NCBI GenBank assembly: GCA_951406725.2
Contig: OX597817.1
Span: forward strand, 12,152,001-12,216,000
Direction: 5' to 3'
Length of the DNA stretch: 64,000 nt
From: Octopus vulgaris
Taxonomy: Eukaryota
Notes under the pieces: generated by a model
The model's input: only the letters and a program-made list of their open reading frames with translations
Databases searched by the model: none
Told to the model about the DNA's origin: nothing
Made by a program: the position numbers and the translations under genes
Part shown: piece after piece, positions 53,265 through 64,000 of the stretch
Position numbering within the stretch: the stretch's first letter is position 1
Layout of the letters: each line of letters begins with the position of its first letter

Positions 53265-54960
53265 TTAAAGCTACATTATCTTTCTTGTATATCTTTCCCT
53301 TTTTAAGACAGTAGGGTGCAATCTGAAGGAGATTTGGCTTCTATTTCTTGTGAGTTGAGCAACTACATAGACACCCACTCATTAGCTGATTTCTAATTAA
53401 TTATTTCCAGATGGTTACACCAGACATAACTTTTACCCAAAATACTTAGTAAGGAATTAGTTGACAACATACTATTTAATGGGATGACCAAAATTAACAA
53501 AGCTTTTGAATAGTAAAATACACAACATACATACACATATATACATATACGTACACACACACACAGAGCTAGAGTTAAAGTTTCATTCAATTAACAAAGA
53601 ACAAAAAGAAATAAACAGCAGTGTGAAAAAAAATATGGTAAAGAGAATGACAGACAAAGAGAGACAGAGAGAAAGAGAGACAAAGAGAAGAGAGGATGAG
53701 AAAGAATGAGAAAGAGAAAGAATGAGAAAGAGAAAGAATGAGAGAGAAAGGGTAGAGAAAAAAGAAAAAGACACACTGACAGAAATACATAAAGAGGAGG
53801 AGGAGAATAAAGAGGAGATATGAAGGACAAGAAGTAGAGAAAGAATTTTAATGACAAATCTCTCTTCTCCTTCAAATGTTTTTTTTCAGCCATCCTTCTT
53901 CCCTCCCTCCCGACGCCCACCCATCATTCCACTTTGCCATTCCACACCACTTCCCGCCTTCTGTAACCTATTACTCAAAACTCCTCCAACATCTCAGCTG
54001 TTACTCTACCTCTCAGTCACTCACTCTCTCTCTCTTCCTCCCACTCTCTTATACTTTCTGTCTGCGAGAAACGACACTAAGTCAACAACATTAAGTTGGC
54101 CACTTCAGCTAATTCATTAAAGAAATTTCTCAAAGAAATTAACCAGACTTTCACAGGATAGTGATAGATTCTTTAAGCAAGGTTCCTTGTAGTTTAAATG
54201 ACAAAAATAAATTAATCACCAACTAACAAACAGTAACCACTTCATATATGTACGTCCACAACTCCCAGTGCACATACACACACACACACAAACACACACA
54301 CTTTGATAATGACATTATTTAAATTTTCTTTCAGCATTAATTTCTATTAATTTCAAACAATCAGTGGCTAGATGGGGAGGAGGTACTGCCTCTTCCTCCT
54401 CCTCCTCCTCTTCTTCTTTTTCTTCTTCATCATCATCATCATCATCTCTTTGTCATTGTCATCTGCTGCTGCTGCCCTCTTTCCACATTGGCATTTCATC
54501 TGCGTTACGTTGTGAGTTCAAATTCCGCCGAGGTCGACTTTGCCTTTCATCCTTTCGGGGTCGATAAATTAAGTACCAGTTACGCACTGGGGTCGATGTA
54601 ATCGACTTAATACCTATGTCTGTCCTTGTTTGTCCCCTCTGTGTTTAGCCCCTTGTGGGTAGTAAAGAAATAGGTATGGGTTAGACAGGTCATCATAGTC
54701 ATTTCTTCTTCAAAGCTACTGTTCATATGTGTTGTTTGACTTGCTTTTTATGGCTGGATGCTATACCTATTGCCAACTACTATACAGAGTGTAATGGGTG
54801 CATTTTCTCATGACATAATACTAGAGACATTAAAAAGTCCTTGGAGACACAGTATTAAAGGAATCTCACAACCCTACACTTTCTCTGCTGTTCAATAATT
54901 TGCAGTATGTACAGAGGGCATTTTCCACACCACCAGCACTAAAGCAGCTGATTCGCTCAC

Positions 54961-55012
54961 CATCGACCACATAGGGAGCATCACAATAGAGGGTGGAAGT
55001 ACACTGCAGCAC
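54961..55012 (-). CDS. Weak candidate 52-nt exon: VLQCTSTLYCDAPYVVD
   Basis: Acceptor ctcctctgcag, donor gtgagc, phase 0/1 open frame. No homology recognised. Confidence 0.2.
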
Positions 55013-55227
55013 CTGCAGAGGAGGTGGAGATGTCTTCACATACCAAAATCACTGATCAGATGAAGGATTTCTCAAACTTCTAAGTGCAAATTTTTGAAGA
55101 AACTATACTTTCAGATATTACATGTAATCCAGCAATAACCCCAATTCCCCTAGTTATGCACAAACAATATTTCAGGAGAGTGGAGTGACTTGTTTTATAC
55201 TATTTGTTTAGGGAGATTTCACAGTTA

Positions 55228-55844
55228 GGCGCAGGAGTGGCTGCGTGGTAAATAGCTTGCTAACCAACCACATGTTTCCGGGTTCAGTCCCACTGCGTGG
55301 CATCTTGGGCAAGTGTCTTCTGCTATAGCCCCGGGCCGACCAAAGCCTTGTGAGTGGATTTGGTAGACGGAAACTGAAAGAAGCCTGTCGTATATATGTA
55401 TATACTAGCAGTATCGCCCGGCGTTGCTCGGGTTTGTAAGGGAAATAACTATAAAGCATTTTTAGAGAGTTATAGCCAAAAAAATGGAATTATGACATTG
55501 GGCTATGTGTGTGTTAAGTTTCATCAGAATCGGTTGAAAGCCGTGGTCAGGGTGAGGGTACAAGCTAACAGACACACAGAAACACACACAGACAAACTGC
55601 CGTTTATATAGAGAGAGATATATATGTGTGTGTGTGTACATGTTTGTGTGTCTGTGTTTGTCCCCCTAGCATTGCTTGACAACCGATGCTGGTGTGTTTA
55701 CGTCCCCGTCACTTAGCGGTTCGGCAAAAGAGACCGATAGAATAAGTACTGGGCTTACAAAGAATAAGTCCCGGGGTCGATTTGCTCGACTAAAGGCGGT
55801 GCTCCAGCATGGCCGCAGTCAAATGACTGAAACAAGTAAAAGAG
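55228..55844 (+). mobile_element. SINE family A carrying a nested Helitron (55405-55618)
   Basis: Same architecture as 26810-27600. Confidence 0.8.
55405..55618 (-). mobile_element. Non-autonomous Helitron, second subfamily, shorter copy
   Basis: Same ends as 26987-27369 but about 170 bp shorter. Confidence 0.75.
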
Positions 55845-56305
55845 TATATGGAGACACGGATCCACACATATAGAGATGCACATCCATCCATACATACAAA
55901 CATGGTACATAGTTGCATAACACACACACAGACATGCACACACAAGGAGACAGAGGTGCATATATATATATATACAAACACATGCTCACACACACACATA
56001 CATAGAAAATACACAATACACAAACACGACATGCAAGCACATGAATATACAGTATACATACATACAGATACACACACACACGTATATACATACATACACA
56101 TGCATACATACATACATACATACATGCATGCATGCATAGGCATGCATGCACACTGATCCGCACACATGTGCACAAACAAACAAAAGGGAACGCAGTGTAA
56201 ATAACAGACAGAGTCAAGACTATTGAAAAGGTTGCAAGATGCAATGAAAATTTTAGGAAAATAAAAATAAGAAATAAGTGGAAATTTTACCGGTGAGTGT
56301 GTTAA

Positions 56306-56527
56306 CCCTTTCATTACCGTATTTATTCTGAGATGTTCTGTGTTTCTTTCAATTACTTTAAAATATAACAAAGAATTTGGTAAAATAACTTAGTTATCAT
56401 TCAGCTAGTGTTAGGAACGTAAATTGTGACTAAGGTTTGGTTGAAGATTTGAATTCAAAACTTATGAAAACAAGACGTTTGTATTACAGATCCAGAGCTG
56501 GTTTCAGCTGGGTTGGTATCGAAAGGG
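56306..56527. mobile_element. piggyBac-type MITE
   Basis: TTAA|CCCTTTC..TACC ... GGTA..GAAAGGG|TTAA. Confidence 0.75.
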
Positions 56528-57048
56528 TTAAATCATAAGGCACAAAAAGAAAATGACTCTCCCCAGACACAAACAGAATATGCTTCAACACACAAACTCA
56601 TATAAAGAATCTTGCAAGCCAAATCCCAAAACGAAATATTTGTTTCAATGTTTCCTATAAATGCTTAAGAAAAAGGCTGTGGAGATCTGTAAACCAATCA
56701 TCGAGGGAGGGTGGATTTATTCAAGTAAAAAGAGGAAGATTAAAAAAAAAAAATCGGAATTGTCAGCTGTTACATGAAAGAAAATCTGTTCAGTATCGTA
56801 CAAAACAAGACTTGTACCAACCTAGTTGTTATTGCTAGGAAGTTGAACAATTCGCAGATCCACCGTGTTTTTCTTGAAAAAACAAAAGTGGTGCATGCTC
56901 AGTTATAGCGATTAAATCAACCCAGCAAATCATATTGATTTAGTCATAGTGTATTTAGACAATATAATCTAAGAGAGATAGGCAGCAGCTGATAACCGGG
57001 GGGCCCAGTTTTTCATTATTGATAGAATAAGGTTATTGGAATTTCATA

Positions 57049-57440
57049 TCTTTATATATAAAAGTAAGGTTGTGTGTCTGTCTCCTACAATTTAGATTCC
57101 TAACTACTCCCACATTTTGCGGTGCAGTTTAACCAAAACTGGGTATCTTATAGTCGTGAATACTTCTGGGTACTAGCGCGCGTCTACGATGGGTCTACGA
57201 TTTAAAAAAAAATTTACCATCATTTTTTTCCATTCTAATGCATTCTTTTCGCTATTATAAAAGGGAAGTAACTCTCTAAAAATATCTACGATGAGTCAAC
57301 GATTTAAAAAAAAAAATTTACCATCATTTGTTTTCCATTTTTAGTGCATTTTTTTGCTATGTTTTTGGCTATAACTCTCTAAAAATGCTTATATAGTTAT
57401 TTCCCTTACAAACCCGAGCAACGCCGGGCGATACTGCTAG
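57049..57440 (+). mobile_element. Non-autonomous Helitron
   Basis: A|TC...CTAG|T. Its 3' half is repeated at 59916-60138 and 62618-62839. Confidence 0.8.
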
Positions 57441-59606
57441 TTATTTATATAACATTTCAACTAAGCAGCTACAACAACATCAGTTTCACTTTCCTTCCCT
57501 CATGAAAGCAGTTATTATGTAACCCTTGTGTTACACACTTTGTACAATAATTCTACACATTCAATGCAATAAAATTTTAAAGACCGGATATACAAAATAA
57601 ACAAAAACTAAATTACAACCAACAGTTATATAACATAGTAACACTTAATTAAAATACATATAGTTATGTAATATACACTACTATGGTAACTTTAGCTTAA
57701 TTAATAGGTTATGAATAAAGCCACCGAAACTGCATAACGCTTGTCGGGCAAAAGCAATATCGTAATTTTAACCAAGTACGTCAGTGAAATTTAATGGTTT
57801 TTGAAGCAGTCAACCATTTTTATTCCTTCCAATTCATAAAATACTTTGTAATTATATTCACATTGATGTCAATGTTGCTCTCTGGTACTAAAGGTGACAT
57901 TAACCTATGTTGACTATTAGCCACATCTGCCACTGAACATTTATTTACATGTGGGTGCTTTTCAACCTACCCCACACTCTCTCCATTTCTCTTACGAAAA
58001 TGTTGTAAAATCCATTAAAAATTGTTTTATTTTGTTCTTTTCACTTGAAACGGTTTTACCAACTTGGCTGTGTAGGCATGACAGCATGGTTTAAGAAGTA
58101 CACTTTACAATCATGTTGTATCAGGTTTAATCCCACAGATTAACACCTTGGAGAAGTGATTTCTACCAGTGAATTAAAACGTGGCCGTTGCCAGCGCCGC
58201 CCCAACTGGCTTCCGTGCCTGTGGCACGTAAAAAGCACCATCCGATTGTGGCCGTTTGCCAGCCACGTCTGGCACCTGTGCCGGTGGCACGTAAAAAGCA
58301 CCCACTGCACTCATGGAGTGGTTAGCGTTAGGAAGGGCATCCAGCCGTAGAAACATTGCCAGATCAGATTGGATCCTGGTGCAGCCTTTTGGCTTCCCAG
58401 ACCTCAGTTGAACCGTCCAACCCATGCTAGCATGGAAAGCGGACGCCAAACGATGATGATGATGATGATGATGAATCAGACTGGTGAATGCCTTCACAGT
58501 AGAATTCGCTACACAAAATGTATATGGATGTCCAGACATTTGTCTCACTGCATGACAGCTTGGGCAAGCGTCGTCTACTATAACTATGGTCTGACAAGGC
58601 CTTGCAAGCTGATTTGGTAGATGGAGACTTCAAAAAGTCCATTAAGTTTATTTCAATAGATCCTTGTTGTTCACAGAAAAATAGCCTGCACTCTTCTCAA
58701 GAACCTCACATCGCCAGACAACTCAATCCATTGTCATTTCCAACATGAAGCTCAAGGTCTTGAGATTGGTCTTCACCACTTCATCCCATGTCTTCCGGGA
58801 TCTCCCTCTTCCACAGGTACCATCCACTTTCAGTGATCAGCATTTCTTTATACACCTGTCGTCATTCATACACATCAAATGTCCAAACCAAGATAGTCTT
58901 CTCTCTTACATGCTGCATTTGATTCCTCTTATGCTCACCTTTTCTCTCACACACACTTTGTTATACATGCACACTGATGTTACACATCCAACAGAGCAGA
59001 CTGCCTTCATTGGGATGAAATGGTGAGGACCCATCTCAGGATGTTGGGCCTCATGGAGGAAATAACAATGGATCAAAATTTTTGGTGGCATAAGATTCTT
59101 GAGAAAACCCACCCACATCAGTGAAACTGAGTTCTAGAAGCACTGAGTGTTCCACCCACATGTAACAATAAAACTTTCCACCCACCCTATTCCAACAAAC
59201 CAAACTACATCTTTTCTCCTCCTCACATTTCCTCTCTCATGCACTATGCTCACTCCCCAATCCTGTCCTCATGATCATGCTCACTGCATCATTGTTATCC
59301 CAGTCCTCCACCCTCTTTAAATACCCAGTTTTCACCAGTCACTGCACTACTCTTGGACCTGCAAGCTTCTTTGGCAATACCTCACCACTTATATTATGAC
59401 CTCTATATCTTGAGGTTAATGTCCTGGCACTTGCCACCATCTAACTCTCTCTTCCTTTACTCTATCATCCCCTTTATACTCTGATCCCTGTTCCTTGTGA
59501 ATATGCACTAGCACTTCACCACCATCTCTCTCCTACTACCTCTTGCAGTCTCCTACTCTCTCTCTCTTCCCTCAGGTTGGATAGCCATGTATCTCCTTTA
59601 CAGCAG

Positions 59607-59761
59607 CATTATTTACATTTGACAGATATTTGTCCTCATCTCGTTTGTTGTTAACACGTTTCAGCTGATATACCTTCCAGCCTTCATCAGGTGTCTTGGA
59701 GAAATTTTGAACCTGGGTTCTCATTCCTAAGGTATTTTTTGATGTTGTTATTATTATTATA

Positions 59762-59795
<34 letters not shown>

Positions 59796-59836
59796 TCACT
59801 GCCTGGAATTGAACTCGGAATCTTGCTGGCTAGTAG
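59607..59836 (-). mobile_element. tRNA-headed hammerhead element (head 5'-truncated); HHR at 59653-59695
   Basis: Reverse complement GACAC-CTGATGA-AGGCTG..CAGCT-GAAAC-GTGTT has the canonical CUGAUGA. B-box GAGTTCAATTCC lies upstream of (ATA)n. Confidence 0.65.
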
Positions 59837-62302
59837 TTTAAGAAAACCTGTATAGCAAATGAGTCATGAGAGAGGAATTTCAAAATCAAGCATCTATCAC
59901 ATTTTGAAGCATTGTCATCATTTTTTTCCATTCTAATGCATTCTTTTCGCTATTATAAAAGGGAAGTAACTCTCTAAAAATATCTACGATGAGTCCACGA
60001 TTTAAAAAAAAAAATTTACCATCATTTGTTTTCCATTTTTAGTGCATTTTTTTGCTATGTTTTTGGCTATAACTCTCTAAAAATGCTTATATAGTTATTT
60101 CCCTTACAAACCCGAGCAACGCCGGGCGATACTGCTAGTTATTTATATAACATTTCAACTAAGCAGCTACAACAACATCAGTTTCACTTTCCTTCACTCA
60201 TGAAAGCAGTTATTATGTAACCCTTGTGTTACACACTTTGTACAATAATTCTACACATTCAATGCAATAAAATTTTAAAGACCGGATATATAAAATAAAC
60301 AAAAACTAAATTACAAACAAACAGTTATATAACATAGTAACACTTAATTAAAATGCATATAGTTATGTAATATACACTACTACGGTAACTTTAGCTTAAT
60401 TAATAGGTTATGAATAAAGCCACCGAAACTGCATAACGCTTGTCGGGCAAAAGCAATATCGTAATTTCAACCAAGTACGTCAGTGAAATTTAATGGTTTT
60501 TGAAGCAGTCAACCATTTTTATTCCTTCCAATTCATAAAATACTTTGTAATTATATTCACATTGATGTCAATGTTGCTCTCTGGTACTAAAGGTGACGTT
60601 AACCTATGTTGACTATTAGCCACATCTGCCACTGAACATTTATTTACATGTGGGTGCTTTTCAACCTACCCCACACTCTCTCCATTTCTCTTACGAAAAT
60701 GTTGTAAAATCCATTAAAAATTGTTTTATTTTGTTCTTTTCACTTGAAACGGTTTTACCAACTTGGCTGTGTAGGCATGACAGCGTGGTTTAAGAAGTAC
60801 ACTTTACAATCATGTTGTATCAGGTTTAATCCCACAGATTAACACCTTGGAGAAGTGATTTCTACCAGTGAATTAAAACGTGGCCATTACCAGCGCCGCC
60901 CCGACTGGCTTCCGTGCCTGTGGCACGTAAAAAGCACCATCCGATTGTGGCCGTTTGCTAGCCACGTCTGGCACGTAAAAAGCACCCACTGCACTCATGG
61001 AGTGGTTAGCGTTAGGAAGGGCATCCAGCCGTAGAAACATTGCCAGATCAGATTGGATCCTGGTGCAGCCTCTGGCTTCCCAGACCCCAGTTGAACCGTC
61101 CAACCCATGCCAGCATGGAAAGCGGACGCTAAACGATGATGATGATGATGATGATGAATCAGACTGGTGAATGCCTTCACAGTAGAATTCGCTACACAAA
61201 ATGTATATGGATGTCCAGACATTTGTCTCACTGCATAACAGCTTGGGCAAATGTCGTCTACTATAACTATGGTCTGACAAGGCCTTGCAAGCTGATTTGG
61301 TAGATAGAGACTTCAAAAAATCCATTAAGTTTATTTCAATAGATCCTTGTTGTTCACAGAAAAATAGCCTGCACTCTTCTCAGGAACCTCACATCGCCAG
61401 ACAGCTCAATCCATTGTCATTTCCAACATGAAGCTCAAGGTCTTGAGATTGGTCTTCACCACTTCACCCCATGTCTTCCGGGATCTCCCTCTTCCACAGG
61501 TACCATCCACTTTCAGTGATCAGCATTTCTTTATACACCTGTCGTCATTCATACACATCAAATGTCCAAACCAAGATAGTCTTCTCTCTTACATGCTGCA
61601 TTTGATTCCTCTTATGCTCACCTTTTCTCTTCACACACTTACACTTTGTTATACATGCACACTGATGTTACACATCCAACAGAGCAGACTGCCTTCATTG
61701 GGATGAAATGGTGAGGACCCATCTCAGGATGTTGGGCCTCACGGAGGAAATAACAATGGATCAAAATTTTTGGTGGCATAAGATTCTTGAGAAAACCCAC
61801 CCACATCAGTGAAACTGAGTTCTAGAAGCACTGAGTGTTCCACCCACATGTAACAATAAAACTTTCCACCCACCCTATTCCAACAAACCAAACTACATCT
61901 TTTCTCCTCCTCACATTTCCTCTCTCATGCACTATGCTCACTCCCCAATCCTGTCCTCATGATCATGCTCACTGCATCATTGTTATCCCAGTCCTCCCCC
62001 CTCTCTAAATACCCAGTTTTCACCAGTCACTGCACTACTCTTGGACCCGCAAGCTTCTTTGGCAATACCTCACCACTTATATTATGACCTCTACATCTTG
62101 AGGTTAATGTCCTGGCACTTGCCACCATCTAACTCTCTCTTCCTTTACTCTATCATCCCCTTTATACTCTGATCCCTGTTCCTTGTGAGTATGCACTAGC
62201 ACTTCACCACCATCTCTCTCCTACTACCTCTTGCAGTCTCCTACTCTCTCTCTCTCTCTCTCTTCCCTCAGGTTGGATAGCCATGTATCTCCTTTACAGC
62301 AG

Positions 62303-62457
62303 CATTATTTACATTTGACAGATATTTGTCCTCATCTCGTTTGTTGTTAACACGTTTCAGCTGATATACCTTCCAGCCTTCATCAGGTGTCTTGGAGAAA
62401 TTTTGAACCTGGGTTCTCATTCCTAAGGTATTTTTTGATGTTGTTATTATTATTATA

Positions 62458-62497
<40 letters not shown>

Positions 62498-62538
62498 TCA
62501 CTGCCTGGAATTGAACTCGGAATCTTGCTGGCTAGTAG
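62303..62538 (-). mobile_element. tRNA-headed hammerhead element, duplicate within the 2.7-kb tandem unit; HHR at 62349-62391
   Basis: Near-identical to the 59.6-kb copy. Confidence 0.65.
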
Positions 62539-64000
62539 TTTAAGAAAACCTGTATAGCAAATGAGTCATGAGAGAGGAATTTCAAAATCAAGCATCTATC
62601 ACATTTTGAAGCATTGTCATCATTTTTTTCCATTCTAATGCATTCTTTTCGCTATTATAAAAGGGAAGTAACTCTCTAAAAATATCTACGATGAGTCAAC
62701 GATTTAAAAAAAAAATTTACCATCATTTGTTTTCCATTTTTAGTGCATTTTTTTGCTATGTTTTTGGCTATAACTCTCTAAAAATGCTTATATAGTTATT
62801 TCCCTTACAAACCCGAGCAACGCCGGGCGATACTGCTAGTTATTTATATAACATTTCAACTAAGCAGCTACAACAACATCAGTTTCACTTTCCTTCACTC
62901 ATGAAAGCAGTTATTATGTAACCCTTGTGTTACACACTTTGTACAATAATTCTACACATTCAATGCAATAAAATTTTAAAGACCGGATATACAAAATAAA
63001 CAAAAACTAAATTACAAACAAACAGTTATATAACATAGTAACACTTAATTAAAATGCATATAGTTATGTAATATACACTACTACGGTAACTTTAGCTTAA
63101 TTAATAGGTTATGAATAAAGCCACCGAAACTGCATAACGCTTGTCGGGCAAAAGCAATATCGTAATTTTAACCAAGTACGTCAGTGAAATTTAATGGTTT
63201 TTGAAGCAGTCAACCATTTTTATTCCTTCCAATTCATAAAATACTTTGTAATTATATTCACATTGATGTCAATGCTGCTCTCTGGTACTAAAGGTGACAT
63301 TAACCTATGTTGACTATTAGCCACATCTGCCACTGAACATTTATTTACATGTGGGTGCTTTTCAACCTACCCCACACTCTCTCCATTTCTCTTACGAAAA
63401 TGTTGTAAAATCCATTAAAAATTGTTTTATTTTGTTCTTTTCACTTGAAACGGTTTTACCAACTTGGCTGTGTAGGCATGACAGCGTGGTTTAAGAAGTA
63501 CACTTTACAACCATGTGGTATCAGGTTTAATCCCACAGATTAACACCTTGGAGAAGTGATTTCTACCAGTGAATTAAAACGTGGCCGTTGCCAGCGCCGC
63601 CCCAACTGGCTTCCGTGCCTGTGGCACGTAAAAAGCACCATCCGATTGTGGCCGTTTGCCAGCCACGTCTGGCACCTGTGCCGGTGGCACGTAAAAAGCA
63701 CCCACTGCATTCATGGAGTGGTTAGCGTTAGGAAGGGCATCCAGCCGTAGAAACAGTGCCAGATCAGATTGGATCCTGGTGCAGCCTCTGGCTTCCCAGA
63801 CCCCAGTTGAACCGTCCAACCCATGCCAGCATGGAAAGCGGATGCTAAACGATGATGATGATGATGATGATGATGATGAATCAGACTGGTGAATGCCTTC
63901 ACAGTAGAATTCGCTACACAAAATGTATATGGATGTCCAGACATTTGTCTCACTGCATGACAGCTTGGGCAAATGTCGTCTACTATAACTATGGTCTGAC

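Larger units (their letters stand above)
57218..64000 (+). repeat. ~2.7-kb tandem segmental repeat: units 57218-59915, 59916-62617, 62618-window end
   Basis: Co-linear near-identical sequence at offsets of about 2698 and 2702 bp, with scattered SNPs and small indels. Confidence 0.95.

Overview
AT-rich, repeat-dense eukaryotic DNA. The SINE, RTE and microsatellite inventory suggests an octopod cephalopod, which is inference. The only host gene I can support is gephyrin (GPHN, MoeA-like E domain) on the minus strand. It has five phase-compatible GT-AG exons at 17665-17534, 17274-17182, 16258-16203, 10642-10464 and 8393-8240, plus candidate linker exons near 32.2, 40.3 and 55.0 kb; I found no G-domain or later E-domain exons in the window. 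The rest appears intronic: several tRNA-derived SINE families, a near-full-length decayed RTE LINE with many 5'-truncated (GAT)n tails, CR1-type ends, a decayed Ty3/Gypsy with its 3' LTR, mariner and hAT-like remnants, hAT and piggyBac-type MITEs, non-autonomous Helitrons, two minisatellites and a ~2.7-kb tandem triplication. The most notable signal is a short element joining a tRNA-like Pol III head to a Penelope-type minimal hammerhead ribozyme (23.4-23.8 kb with an inverted arm; also 59.6 and 62.3 kb). Most ORFs in the supplied track are repeat artefacts.
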